Source of the DNA: Paecilomyces variotii
Lineage: Eukaryota
NCBI GenBank assembly: GCA_004022145.1
Contig: RCNU01000004.1
Strand: one strand, 5' to 3'
DNA length: 64,000 nucleotides
The position numbers and the translations under genes are program-made. This document shows, one piece after another, positions 1 to 12,784 of the stretch. The notes under the pieces were generated by a model that was not told where the DNA came from, did no database searches, and saw nothing but the letters and a program-made list of their open reading frames with translations. The first letter of the stretch is position 1. Each line of letters begins with the position of its first letter.

Positions 1-52
1 CCATCCAAGCAGGACCAATAAAGTCCATCCTCTCTCATAAACATCCTCCAAA

Positions 53-526
53 ATGGTTCGTACTGTACCATCTCTCACCCTTCTCCCCTCCTCCCCCTCC
101 TCCTCATCATCATATGATCAATAATACGCCATCACATCACAATCACAACAAAACTAACAATATACCACCACCAAAAAGTCCACCAACAACTTCACACTCT
201 CATCCGCCGCTGCCCTCTCACTCCTCACCTCCCTAGGCGGAATAATCGGCTACGCACGCACAGGCTCCATCCCCTCCATCGCAGCAGGTCTGTCCGTCGG
301 AGCGCTCTACCTACTTGCCTTGCTCCGTCTGCGTAATGGCCAGAGTTACGGCGAGGAGATCGGATTGCTCGCCTCGGCGATTTTGGGCGGGAGTTCGATC
401 CCGAGAGTTATTAAGACGAGGGGAAAGCCTGTGCCGATGGGGTTGAGTATTTTGGCTACGTATGGATTGGTGGTTTTTGGGTTGGCGTGGAGGGATAAGA
501 GGGCTGGGGTGGTGGGGAGAGTTTAG
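53..526 (+). CDS. TMEM14 (transmembrane protein 14C) family small membrane protein; 2 exons (53-55, 179-526)
   Basis: ATG at 53 is followed by a GTTCGT donor, an ACTAAC branch site and an AAG acceptor at 178. The spliced product MSTNNFTLSSAAALSLLTSLGGIIGYARTGSIPSIAAGLSVGALY... carries the GGxxGYxxxGSxxSxxAG TMEM14 signature and is in frame with ORF 320..526. Confidence 0.88.
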
Positions 527-1378
527 GGGGGTTTAAACCGGGTACGCACAGGCGTATATTGTGGGAAAGGGGGAATTGGTATGTGTTTGATGGAGGAATT
601 GGGAAGAGGAGGAAAGATAGATACCGGGGTTGGGGTTTTGTACTGTACCATAGTATGCTTCGATGGTGTTGTGAAGTTACAAAGTCTACGCTGATGCGAT
701 TTGATCATCGTCCCCTGGTGGTCTGCTATGTACGCGACATATTATTGACGGTTCTGTCTGTCCACTTATGCTCCTATGCAAGAACACGCAAATCATGTCA
801 TGATATCTATGTTGAACTACCATCTAGGCCTACCTTGATAAAACTCAGCAACTTACATGGACATTAACCGGGACGAGCAAAACACAAAAGCTCTATCCCA
901 CGACTTTCCCTAGAACATGCCCCCAGGCTATGGGGCCAGACATTTCGAAATGACGAAAATGACGAGCCAGTGGTCTTCCCTCCACAGAATGAACAAGCGA
1001 CTATCAGCCTCCTTCAGTAAAGGTCGACGAAGCGACTCACCAGTGGCGGCCTTCAAACTCTTTTTTGTTTTTTTGGGAACCTACACTCTGAGCCACGGTG
1101 GCTAGAGCTCCGGAAAACGAGGTAGACACGGATATGTAGATATGAAGGCATCGACAGTCCGGAAATGATCTTGTTCATGAGCCTGCATCACCATACTACT
1201 CATGGATCAGGGTAGAAAACAAAGAAAAGTATCATGTACAACGAAAACTGTGATATGTGTCGAACTTAGCTGGAGAGATTTTTGCCACGCTCGAGCGAAA
1301 GCATGCTGATCCGAATCGGATAGGGCACTGATGAGCCGTAGACATTAAGATGGTATCGACGAGCGTGCCCGCGCTACT

Positions 1379-2880
1379 TTATCCCGATCGATCGATTATG
1401 TCGTCTGAAGTCGTGACGACCCCGGAGACTGCAGGAGTAATGCCCTCCACAAGAACCATTTCCGGTTTGCGATCAAGAACGAATGCGTACCTTGGCAGCC
1501 TGGCCATCTTCTCCTCCGGACTGGTCTCGTTGTCGGCATATACCATCCTCGTAGGCTTCGACTTATCTTTCTCCTTCTTTGCTGGCTTCTCCTCCGCAGC
1601 CTCTGCTTTAGTACCATCCGGCTGCGCCGCCTGCTCCGCTTCCTTGGCAGCGCCGGATATTAGGTCGTCGACAGAAGAAGAGACAGGAGCAGCGCCTGAT
1701 GGCTGCGCACCATTCGCGGCAGGGGGTTGGCCATACGCACCAGGAGCTGCTGGTTGTGGTGGCGTCGGCAGCTGTCCATGGTGCATCTGTTGCATCTGGG
1801 CAGCGTTTACTGGAGGCGCACTGAAAGGAGGACGCTGCGGGAGACCGGGAGCAGACGGAAGACTCGGGGGTCGAGTAGGGAGCGATGAGACATTCTGAGG
1901 AGGCGTTTGAGTTCTCGAAGGTTGCTGCTGTTGTTGAGCATAGGGCATAGGGGGCGGTGTATTCCCGTATACTGCAGCTGTGTACGGTGCGGGAGAGATG
2001 CCAGGGGATGTATACTGGGTGGGCGGGGGATACTGCTGCTGGCCATTAGGCGAGTAGTTCTGGTACACAGGACTCGCAGCAGCTGCCTGGAAGGGAGAAT
2101 TGACCGCGCCGCCATAAGGCTGCGGGTATGAATACTGTTGGTTGGGAGCAGCAGGAGCAGCGTTGCTGAAAGGCTGCTGGGCCGCCGCGTATTGGGTAGG
2201 TTGAGCCTGCACATCGCCTGTTAGCATCAATCCAAGGAAGGGCATCTGACGACAGAGTACATACATATCCAGTAGGTGTCTGCATCGACTGTCCCGCCCC
2301 AACAGGCGTGGCATCGCCGCTGCTGCCACCCGCGGCTCTCTCCGCAAGCTTGGCCTTGTGCTCCGCCAGACGCTTCTTCAAATCGGCGGGACTCTCCAGC
2401 CTGGGCTTCTTTGGCTGGTTTCCTGACGAACCCCCCGGTGCTGGATTTCCCGTTGCTGCCCGTCGCTCAGCCTCTGCCTGCTGAAACTGCGTCAGAACCC
2501 GCTGGTTGTGAGCCTGGATGACATCTTCCGGAACACCCTCCATGCCGAAGATCTCGACATCGAGGCCTGCACGGTTGGGCAGGGCATTCTCAATGGCCGT
2601 CAATTGCTCCTTGTGCACTTGGCTCATGTGCACCGACAGTCCTGAAGAAGAACTAGTCAGAAACCACTGCAGTGACATTGTACATGCGCGCGAACAAAGA
2701 CACGGAGAACCTACCTCCAGCAGTATTCAATCTCTTGCCACATCTCTCACATCTGAAATGCTTCGCCTTCTGATGTGAGATCAGGATCTTGAGATCGTCG
2801 AAATCTCGCTCGCAGTAGTAGCACCACGGGCGAGCAAGGATCTCCTCAAGATCGGGGTGACCGCGCTTCTTCTTTCCCAT
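1379..2880 (-). CDS. ZNF207/BuGZ-like C2H2 zinc-finger protein with P/Q-rich low-complexity body; 3 exons (2880-2715, 2641-2265, 2206-1379)
   Basis: N-terminal [50 protein letters not shown] and C-terminal [20 protein letters not shown] are characteristic of ZNF207. Canonical introns join three ORF fragments in frame. Confidence 0.9.
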
Positions 2881-3063
2881 GGCGATTGAAGCCGGCGTGG
2901 ATGTCCTAGAAACGAGTACTTAGGTCGCTGCGAGCCACCTCCAAATATAACAGGGGCTAGAACGAGGACGCACGCTGTAGGGCTGGATGATGATTCAAGG
3001 CGCGAAGTTGCTGCTTCGACCAGCCAGCCATGCAAAGGTTGCCGCATCAAGGCGACCGGCCCG

Positions 3064-3093
3064 CACGTGACGTGACGGAAGGGACCACGTGAT
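3064..3093. promoter_or_regulatory. Two RTCACGTG (E-box, Cbf1/bHLH-type) motifs upstream of the ZNF207-like gene
   Basis: CACGTGAC at 3064 and CACGTGAT at 3086, about 200 bp upstream of the ATG at 2880. Function is inferred only. Confidence 0.4.
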
Positions 3094-4297
3094 ATAGTGT
3101 GATGCCTGAGTTTCAAGGTATCAGAATGCAGAACGGAAATAATGTTGAATCGACTCGACTTCAAGTTTCCTTTCACGAGCTGCGTCCAATTGCACTATGG
3201 TATATTTGGGTCACCTGCATATCCCGAATTGATACTGTCGAAATTGTACGAGTTGTACGAGAAGCGGTACCAGACCGACTTGCAACTCTCCAATTGATAA
3301 CGGTTCACCCATTCTCTTGGCTAAGTATAAGTAGACACCTAAGTAGTATGCCCTGATCCCACTGTATCCCATTCGAGATCGCGATATATATACTGACTTT
3401 GGCAATATTTCCACCTTACTCGGGTCAACTGTCAAGCTATGCATATCACTTACTGTATACACTTGACTCCCCGGAGACTAAAGGCTAGTGCGGGCCTACG
3501 TCATGCTTAACCAGAACGGCGGCAACCCTATCGCGGACTTACCCGCACCCCCACTGTTGGCAGTGGGACTATGCTTCCTCTATAGTACTTTACCATACAT
3601 AGTTATCACTGAGTACTCTACGAACAGTCGCATCCTGGAGTTCATAATTATACAGCGAATTTTCTACCAGCATAGACAGGAAGACAACTGATTTCAGATA
3701 TTCGTTACTCTGATTCTCAATTGAGTAGTGGTACAGTACAATCGCAACTAGCTCTGGTGTATGGTATCTGGCCAACAAGAAAACCGGGCACCGAGAAAAC
3801 ACACAAGAAAACAAAGACACGCAAGAATGGTAAATGGAGGCCAATATTTGCTCTCCTTCATGCCGCCAGACCAAAGCCCAATGCGACCGGCCAGGTAACG
3901 CCGCGACCAGAGAAAAGAAAAATCCAAACTATTCCGCCCAATGCTCATTGCTGTGAATGCTGGGGAATAAAGTTGTTGATACAGAAAGGACAAACAGAAA
4001 AAGGCCTCCCGGCCCACAGGCCCTTCTATAAAGCGGACCTGGGGCCGGAGGCCACACACTAATGTACACACGCAAGAAGGGAAACAAAAGAATAAGTAGA
4101 AGACAGGGCCCAGAGCCCGCATCGCACCGGACTCTGGGCCAGAAAGACGACTACAGTTCCCGCCCAGGGCGGAACCAGTATCGAGAGACGTAAAAGAAGT
4201 ATCGTAAGGAACAACAGTCATCCTGCCCAGGTGAAGGGCAATGGACGAGTCACAGGCCGCATGTGGCACTTTCGATCAATGTGTGTGATACATGCAG

Positions 4298-6694
4298 TTA
4301 GGCCGCGCGGGAACGTCCATCCGGGCCATGGTGCGCAGGAGGCGGAGGAGGGGGCGGGTGGTGAGCAGGCACAAAGTGGTGGTAGTAATAATCTCCTGGG
4401 TAACCCGGGTGCGGAGCATACGCCATATGAGGAGGAGGCGGGTGTGACTGCGGGTGCGGTGGTGCATGCGAGACCGGATGGCCCTGAGGGTGAGATTGGG
4501 GAGGTGGCGGAGGAAGGTTGACAGGTGGACCAGATGCGTATCCATGAGGGATGATGGTGATCGGGTCATGCGGGCCATAAGGGCGCAAGATCGCATTGGC
4601 AGGAGGCAAGGGAAGGGTGTTCGGAGCAGGCATCGGCTGAACTGGCTGCGAAACGGACGCTTCAAGCTTGGGCTTCTTGACGGGAGGACCACCGTTAATG
4701 GCCGGAGTGGTGGCAGGCGCGATGCCGGGCGTCGAGGCACCACTTGTAGGAGTGGAGGGAGCCCCAGAGCTCTTACGCTTCCTGGATCCAGGTTTCGGCT
4801 GCTCGGCTGCCGTCTTCTTCGTAGCCTCAGCAGCACGATCTGCTTCAATTTGCGCCTTGGTGCGCTTAGGGTTCCGGATGCGTCCTTCACGGTTGAATTT
4901 GGCCCAGTGGTTAAGCATGGCCTCTGTACGTTTGGGGTTCTTCGAATTGGCGATCTTCTGGCGGCGAGCCAGCTCAACCGGATCCAACGTCGCATCAGTA
5001 CCTCCGAGAACACCGTTCGTGGGAGCCGCAACAGGTGTGGCTGCAACTGGGGCAGCAGAGGAGGCGGGCGCTATGGGTTGAGCGGGAGGAGCGGGAGTCG
5101 CCGCAGGAGCTGGCGACGGACGGGCCTGAAGAGGCACAGGAGGCTGGATAGTCGCCGTTCCAGGAATACGAGTGGAAGTCCGGGCAGAAGCACGAGCGGG
5201 AGTGACGGGAGGGGGCTGAGGGGTCGAAGAAACGCCTCGCACACGACGGCCACCACGACCACCGTAACCTCCACGGCGACTAGGAGCAGGACTAGGAGGC
5301 GCAGTCTGTGTCTGCAGGACCTCACGCGTGGTAGCATTCTTTCCTCCACGAGAGCGAGTCTGACGCTTGGCTGGAGGAGCTTCTGTCTCCTTTTCTGGCT
5401 CAGGAGCGGGAGCAGGCTCGGCGGCGGCTTCAGGAGATTCAGTAGCTTTGGCGGCGGCGGCTGCCTCCAACTGAGCAGCCTTGCGCTTCCGCGTCGCTTT
5501 GCCCTCATGGTGTTCAATTGGGGGGTTCTGGAAACGAGGGACGTGTTCGACGCCAAACTTCACAATTGGTTTCCAACCGTCGGGGTTGGGGTTGTCGGGA
5601 CCAGCCTGGGCTGTCATCTTCCTCATCTGAGCCGCGGTCGGCTTGAAGCCACCCTGAACAAAAGGGTCTTGATTGGAGATCTTTGGCTCCTTCGGGTCAT
5701 ACTTGTACCCATACAGCATTGACTCTTTCTTGTCCTCAAACACTTCAGGCCTCTCAGTCTTGCGAGGATTAGCGGTCTTCTTCAGCATGTGGCGGGAAGC
5801 CTCCTTCGACAGTCTGTCAATGGCAAGATACTCGTCCTGCCAGACCTTGAGTGCATGAGCGACGTTGCATGTCACCGCGTAAAGCTCATCATGAGACTTG
5901 GATTCAGGATCACGGAGCAGCTCCAAGAAAGCTTCGATAGGAGTGATTTTGAGGAAGTCCCCCTTGGCAACCGATGGATTCTCATACGGGCCAGGGCGGG
6001 TCGGGAGTTCAGGTGAGTCGCGTTTCTTGGAGCGCTTGGATTCACGATAGACATAGTCCCAGGTGTGCTCGAGGTCAGCGACCTCGTCATCAAAGTCGAA
6101 GGAAAAATTGCGGACGTCGTGGATGTTCCAGAAAGACGCCAGACGCTTTTCGACGGAAGCTGTCTGCTGGTGTCGAGAAAATTCATGCAATTGGTTAGAG
6201 AGAGCAACATCAGGATCGTCAATAGGGGTCTCGTCGAGAGGCGTGTTGATAGCTGGAGTCTCATCAGCAGGAGTCCCATCAGCGGGAGTCTCGCCTGCGT
6301 CCTCATCTTCTTCGATGATGTGATCAGCTTCGTCTGCGTGCTCATCTTCCATTTCGACATCTTCAGCCTCAGCTTCCTCTTCGTCGTCATCACCGGCACC
6401 ATCATAGGAAGCAAACTTGGCTTTATGTGGATGCACGGCGGCGATGTGATCATGAAGAGCATCTTCGTGGGCATAAGGATCCTCGTCAGTGCTCTCGAAG
6501 ATCTTACCACACAACGAGCACTTGGCCCGATGGATAGATGGGGTGGGGGAAGGAGACGCTCTCATCGAGTTGGAGAGCGGGTGCAGTGGTTCGGAGAACT
6601 GTCGGCGCAGCGGCGAGTCCTGACTCTCAAAGTCTGACGCGCGACTCCCGACGTCGATGTCATCCTGGGCGGCCGGAGCCATGTCGGATGACAT
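4298..6694 (-). CDS. Hypothetical nuclear protein (~798 aa) with one degenerate C2H2 finger, an acidic tract and a Pro/His-rich C-terminus
   Basis: Uninterrupted 805-codon ORF; first ATG at 6694 (the ORF-track start at 6715 is GTG). CSLCGK...LHDHIAAVH finger, basic NLS-like KRK clusters, coding-like codon use. Confidence 0.85.
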   Translation of the reverse strand: MSSDMAPAAQDDIDVGSRASDFESQDSPLRRQFSEPLHPLSNSMRASPSPTPSIHRAKCSLCGKIFESTDEDPYAHEDALHDHIAAVHPHKAKFASYDGAGDDDEEEAEAEDVEMEDEHADEADHIIEEDEDAGETPADGTPADETPAINTPLDETPIDDPDVALSNQLHEFSRHQQTASVEKRLASFWNIHDVRNFSFDFDDEVADLEHTWDYVYRESKRSKKRDSPELPTRPGPYENPSVAKGDFLKITPIEAFLELLRDPESKSHDELYAVTCNVAHALKVWQDEYLAIDRLSKEASRHMLKKTANPRKTERPEVFEDKKESMLYGYKYDPKEPKISNQDPFVQGGFKPTAAQMRKMTAQAGPDNPNPDGWKPIVKFGVEHVPRFQNPPIEHHEGKATRKRKAAQLEAAAAAKATESPEAAAEPAPAPEPEKETEAPPAKRQTRSRGGKNATTREVLQTQTAPPSPAPSRRGGYGGRGGRRVRGVSSTPQPPPVTPARASARTSTRIPGTATIQPPVPLQARPSPAPAATPAPPAQPIAPASSAAPVAATPVAAPTNGVLGGTDATLDPVELARRQKIANSKNPKRTEAMLNHWAKFNREGRIRNPKRTKAQIEADRAAEATKKTAAEQPKPGSRKRKSSGAPSTPTSGASTPGIAPATTPAINGGPPVKKPKLEASVSQPVQPMPAPNTLPLPPANAILRPYGPHDPITIIPHGYASGPPVNLPPPPPQSHPQGHPVSHAPPHPQSHPPPPHMAYAPHPGYPGDYYYHHFVPAHHPPPPPPPAHHGPDGRSRAA

Positions 6695-9554
6695 TGACTG
6701 CGAATGAGTATTCACAGTTCTTGTTTGTTTTATTTTCTTTTTTATTTCGTCTGTTTAACAGAGACTGGTAGACGTAGTGCGAATACTTGGTTGTAAAAGC
6801 CTTGCTTTATAGAACGTTAGTCGGGAACCCTGGTCGAAAAGCTCGCTTGCAGTGCCAAGACTCCAGTAGTAATGAGAGCGCAATCCCGGACAAGGACACG
6901 GCAGGGTATGAAAAAAAGGACGACCACGATGCATGTGGTGGCAGGGGAGCAGAGAAAAAACAAGAGAGGACAGGGAGAGAGACTGTGGACCAAGTGTGCC
7001 AACCAGGAGTAGACGCGACAAGCAAGCAACAACATACCTTTTGATGCCACGACGTGATAGTCAAACCCGTCTCCGTAGAGAAGGAATGAAGAATTCTGAT
7101 GATAGCCACTACTGCTGGCAAGGAGGATTGAGAAAGTGGTGAGGTTTTACAAGGACAGAGTTTGATGATCGCGAACGGCTAATCGGGGAATAGGTGTGTT
7201 CTTTGAGTAGTAAGACCGATCGGGTAACCAAGAACACCAGGGGTTCAACCCACACGCGAGAAAAGAAAAAAAGAATAGTAAAAGCTCAAGATACGAGAGC
7301 TAGATGAGGAATGAATCGGTCCATGCACTTTTTAGATGCTCTGACGTGCGGCTTGACAGGTCTTTTCAACCGGCGTGGCGCGGGTACTATGAAAAGATCT
7401 TACCGACGGAAAGACATGTAAGAAGGACAAGAACGCGATAAAAAAGGAGGGAATGGAAGAGATAGAGAGTATTGCAGAGACTACAGACTCCAGAGCCGTA
7501 CGAATCGACGTGGTCACAAGAGAGAGAAGAAGACTGCTGCAGGAGGAAGAAGTAGAGGGATTGATTTGAGTAGTAGAGTAGAGTAGGTAGAGAAGGGCGA
7601 GTCGTAGAGTGTCTGGGTGTGTCTTGGAACGGGAGTAGACTAGATCAGGATCAGCGGCCGCGAACGCCGGCGGAGGGCAAATCTGCTTGGGCGCCTCTTT
7701 GAGTCTTGCCCTTTCGCTGCCCGGAAAAAGACGGGCCCGCCAGCAGCCACCGCTGGCCCGCCAATCAGAGCTGCCAAAGTCAGCGCCGTTCCACGACTTC
7801 TTGGCAATGACAACAACGAAAGGGGTCGACTCGATGCTGTCGCGACAGAGAATCACCGTCAAGAAGAGCAAAAAATACAATTCTACGATGGTGATAGACA
7901 AGAGACCCATGCAGCCAAATGTCTGGATGTGATTTCATGCAGAAAAATCTGGCAGAAAGGGCTGGGGGAAGCGAAGCTGAAAAAAACCAGAAGGCGCTTA
8001 CATACTTAGTCTAAGTACTCCGTAACTAAGGCCTCACGATAAGTACCAGTAAGCCAAGCCACATCATTTACAGTAGCCATATTACATGCAGACACACAAC
8101 CAGCAAAGGCCATTAGATGCATGTCATCAAGATCCTACCTCGTCCAGTCCCGCATACATGTCATTTTGGACATCTTCATGACCCTGTTCTACCGTTCTAC
8201 TCTCAAAGAATGAAACAGCAGACGACCAGGGTAAAAGCTGAAACCAGCTACAAACACAGCATACTCCAAAGAACTGTGCGTTTCAAGTCCAGCAGACTAT
8301 GTACAGTACTCGAGCATATCTAATAAAAAGACGCCGTATTATATGATGATCCAGCAGGGACGGATGATAGTGGATATACTTGACTGTTCCTCTGTCTAGT
8401 ATCACGATCACGATCACGATCACTATCACTATCTACTGGTACGGCTGCTCCCGTCTAGTCTTTTTTCGCTACTTAGCCCATGATACCACGCCCGACCTGG
8501 GAGATTACGAAACTATCCTGCCAGCATCCAATCGCATAGGCCTAGAATGGATAAAGTCTCTAACTATTTGTCGCGAATCGCCGTATCAATGCGCAGTCAT
8601 TTGTGCGGATTTCTGAGCTGATATTTTTGGTGTTGCTACCCCTGCTACTTAAGTAGTGCCTCAGCTAAGCGCCTGGGAAGTCATCAGGCGGCCCTTCATA
8701 ATAACTACTCCGTCTGTATGAACTGGGTACTTTTCTCGCGCTCCGGTCAATATAATCATTACCAACAATCGTACATGAAGAATACTGTCAGTCTTTCATC
8801 ATTTTGCCTCGAATCTTCCAGCCTCTCTCCGTTCTCTGTGCTCATACTCACTGATATGACATGGAATACAGTCGCGCTTGGCATCAACTAGGAGAAGACT
8901 ATGTAATATGCATCACCCTTCTTGTAAATATATTCACCCTCTCTCGGCCATGATCGAGTACCGACAGGCGTTTGCTAATAATGACTATGGGTTCTGTGTC
9001 TAGGGTGGATGATGCCGAATTGGATTTTACCGACCGCTTTAGCAAAAAGTAATCTATCACATAACTAATGGTTGCATGCTTATAGCAGCTGCCAGGGTCT
9101 AATCCCTGCAGGACCTGTGATACTTTTGGCCGCTAGTCTTGTTTGTCATCAGGGTACAGGAACAGAAGTATAGCGAACACACAATGTAGACAGAGGGCCG
9201 CCTGGCAACGAGATAGGGTGAGGCACCCAATCGAATAACGGGAAGAAAAGTCTGAGATACTGGAAGCATAGGCATTGCGTTCTGACAATATCGCGGATGG
9301 TAGATATAACCCAGAAATAGGACTTCAAGAAACGTCTTCCTTGTCACGTCGATCGCTGTCCCAGGTTCCATATTACGAGTACAAAAAGTATGGCAGGGCG
9401 GTCATAAAGAAGCATAGGTAGTCTTCTGCTTTCCAGGAACGTAATGGTTCTTAGCATTGTTGTCTTCTCAGTTATAGAATGCCATTCTCACAGTATCATG
9501 ACAGAATACTCATGTATTCTACGAGTCGACAATACAGCAACAACAGCACCATCA

Positions 9555-10100
9555 TCATCGGTTCCTCTCTCCCACATCCAGCGCGACCAAGAACCGACTC
9601 ACGCAATTATACGCCGCAACCGTCGCTGTGATCTCGACAACCTCCTTCTCGCTAAAGTTATCTTTTAATTCCTGAAATATCTCATCAGGAACCTTGACAC
9701 TCTTCGTCATAGCATCTGCATATTGAAGAACCGCATTCTGCTTTCGGTTCAACACTCCCTCAGACCCAGATGCTTGCGCATGACCGACGACACGCATTCC
9801 CTCTTCATCCATCCCAGCTTCGCGCAGTAAGGGCGCGTGGTGGTCCCATTCGAACCATGCGGAATTGATCACGGCAACGCGGCAGATGGCGATTTCGCGG
9901 ATGTCTGCAGCGAGCGTGGTTCGAGTCCGGATGGCACCAAGGAAGGCATTCCATCCATCAGCGACGGGGAAGGAGTGTAAAAGGGCCAAGTCGAGTGGGA
10001 GGAGTCCGTTCTCGCCCCGTCGGGCTTGGACTCGTGCGAGGATGTCTGCTTCCTCGGGGGTGCTTGTTGGGGGCGGATTGGGGGCGTATGGGAGACGCAT
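9555..10100 (-). CDS. Carboxymuconolactone decarboxylase / AhpD-like family protein
   Basis: Intronless 181-aa ORF with REIAICRVAVINSAWFEWDHH and EVVEITATVAAYNCVSRFLVALDV, typical of fungal CMD/AhpD-like proteins. Confidence 0.85.
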   Translation of the reverse strand: MRLPYAPNPPPTSTPEEADILARVQARRGENGLLPLDLALLHSFPVADGWNAFLGAIRTRTTLAADIREIAICRVAVINSAWFEWDHHAPLLREAGMDEEGMRVVGHAQASGSEGVLNRKQNAVLQYADAMTKSVKVPDEIFQELKDNFSEKEVVEITATVAAYNCVSRFLVALDVGERNR

Positions 10101-11216
10101 TTTGTAGTAGTTGAAGCCAACGCGAGTGGGTATCGAATCGTTCTGGGGTGATTTCTTGTCTTTATTTAGCTTGAAGATACTTACTTACTTTGCTTTGTGA
10201 GCAGTCTCCGAGTTCTTTCCATGGGTAGTACTGTACCTTTGACTTAGGGTATAACTAATGCGAATGACTGCAACTGAAATCTCGCTCAGTCTATTTGCGA
10301 AAGTAATATTTGGGCTAGAAGGGAACTCACCTGCGAAATATATTCTCAGCAACGAATTGCTTCCACTACATGTGTCTTGTTGGATTGATTAACTCGTGGA
10401 CACTGCTGACCCCACATCGGAGCGCCGCCAATAGCGGGGTTCGAGGAGAGCAGTATGTAATCCAAGAGCGGAGAGAGATAGACGTTCTGATACAAGAGCA
10501 AGCATCAGCTCTAGCATCGTAAGCCGGTTCCATACCTACTGGGCTATTTTTCATCACATAACTATAAGTGGTGCAATACTGTACAGCTGCTGTATCCAAG
10601 GAAATTGACCTAATATGACGGTAGGGTCTTTTCTAGCCATCTCACTGGACATTCTTATTTCCAGCATCAGAAACAACCAGGCATTATCCACTCAAACGAG
10701 ATATCAGCTATACTAAGCAGAAATGTTTGGATGAGCGGTGACTTCTTCTTGAAACTATCGAAACATGATTAGCTACGGACCACGGTACTTAGTTAAGTGT
10801 GATGAAGACATAAGAATTATCCCCCTGCTAAAATTACAATCTAGATATTAGGTACTTACTAGGCAAGGTACGCTCCCTCAAAAATTACGCATAATAATTT
10901 CCAAGGAGAATAAATAGTGCGATTCGTTGGTAGACCAAGTACACTCGGTGTATACAGACAGTAACTTAGTTACCATTATTGTTTACTCAAACCACCGGTA
11001 CGTACTGTACTTCCCTCCAATCTGGGGATTCTTGGCACCGGTCATGAGCTGCTCCACCGGCTACGCAAGTCAGGGGATTCGCAAGGGCCACTTACTTGTA
11101 ACACTCTAGAGTAGCTTCCCGTCTGTCGGTTCTACATAAAACAATCCATCAAGCGCAATATAGAGACAACGGTACTTGAACATCCTTCATCTTCCAGCAG
11201 AAGGATATACACAACG

Positions 11217-12784
11217 ATGCCCCCTAAAAACGCCAAACCCACAAGCGATGAGCTTCTCGCTCAATTTGACGACCTGGGTGTCGACACTGAGGACCTAAAG
11301 ACAGAGCCCAAGGCGGCGACAACGACGAAAGCAGCTGCACCACCAGAGCAGGATCCCTTGGCTGAGCTGAATGACCTCGTTTCCCAACGCCCTGCTAGTC
11401 GAGCGGCTACTCCTCGACTCTCATCAGAGCTCCCGCACCGACCGTCACCCAAACTGACCTCAGCCGCGACCCCTCCTGCTGGCCGGACCAGCGAAGATGC
11501 AGCCGCGCCTCGCAAGTCAACGGAGACGGGGCGCACATCGCGAGAGGCTCCAAGTGAACCGGCGCCCCAACGCGCTGAGGAAACTCCTCAGAGCCAAGGA
11601 GGCGGTTGGTGGGGAAGCATCTTTTCAACGGCCAGCGCAGCAGTGAAACAGGCTGAAGCTGCCGTAAAAGAGATCCAGAAAAACGAGGAAGCTCAGAAAT
11701 GGGCAGAACAGCTACGAGGAAATGTCGGATCTCTCAGGGAACTAGGTAATTTTCTCTCTCCATAGCCAGCTTCGTGCTTGTTCTAATGATTTGCCTAGGC
11801 GGAGAGCTACGGACTCTTGCCATTCCTACCTTTACCAATCTACTTCATACTCTTGCGCCTCCGATCTCCTCACACGAGCGTCTCCAAGTCCACATCACGC
11901 ATGACCTCTCCGGCTACCCAGAGATCGACCCTATTGTCCATGCTGTGTTCGCGCGGGTCATGTCTCAGGTGGAAGGTGGTGACCTTCTAGTTGTCCAGCG
12001 GGGCCAGGAGTCAGGCCCCAAGCGCGGAGGAGCAGACTCAGGATACCTGTCGTCAGCTGCAGGATGGCACGATGGTCCTTGGTGGCGGACCGTTACCCCT
12101 GGGAACCCACGCACCATTTCTGCGGTCAAGGGAGCTGTTGAGGGAACAAAGCTTGCGCGTGCCAGCGCTGAAGCCTACGCCTCCGAGTATTTCTCCTCCC
12201 GTGGGGGTGTCGAAGAAGCTGCGAAGCACGCGACCGAAGTTCTGAGCGAGTCGAACCCAGTCCGGAGCAGCGACATCTTCCTGGCCATCCAAGCAATCAA
12301 CCAAACCACACCGAAGGATCTGTTCCAAGCCGGTCCAACCACAGAGAAGGCCACTCCAAAGGGCGCTGTTGAAGTTGAGGATGACAAGGAGAACGAGGAA
12401 GTATTCTTTGCGCTCTACCTTCACGACCCAATCCACGGGATCGCATTTCACACGCTCTCTCAGGCCATCCCACAGAAGTGGATCGACTGGCTCGATGCGC
12501 CAGCACCGGCTGCTGCGAACGCCGATTCCGTCGACGCTGAGATCCCCCACACCGTCGTACCAGACTCTATCGCAGAAATCATCGAGAGCGGTGGTGTCGA
12601 CCCCCGTGAATGGGTTTCTGAATGGGTCGAAGAGTCTCTTTCTCTAGCGATTGGTGTCGTGGCTCAGCGCTATGTGGCGCGGCGGATGGGCGTTGGCGAA
12701 GGCGGAATTAACAAGGGTAAAATGAGAGCAGAGAAGACATCGACTGTGGAAAGCGGAGCAGGTGAAGCTGCCAGGGCGCTTTAA
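11217..12784 (+). CDS. MTC1: Maintenance of telomere capping protein 1 (MTC1)-like; 2 exons (11217-11745, 11799-12784)
   Basis: GGGWWGSIFSTASAAV, TLAPPISSHERLQVHITHDL and WVEESLSLAIGVVAQRYVARRMG motifs. A 53-nt GTAATT...CTAAT...TAG intron joins the two ORFs in frame. Confidence 0.8.

Noticed and set aside
4454..5722. 422-aa plus-strand ORF, and similar long antisense ORFs over other genes (e.g. 1350..1898, 36798..37343)
   Set aside because: These are antisense shadows of GC-rich real genes, with low-complexity R/S/G-rich translations and no independent motifs.
7332..7910. 192-aa minus-strand ORF upstream of the 4298..6694 gene
   Set aside because: It overlaps the CT-rich promoter and leader, and its Ser/Leu-rich translation is what pyrimidine-rich UTR sequence produces.
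8401..8435. ATCACG/ATCACT hexamer repeats
   Set aside because: An ordinary intergenic microsatellite; not a CRISPR array or telomeric repeat.
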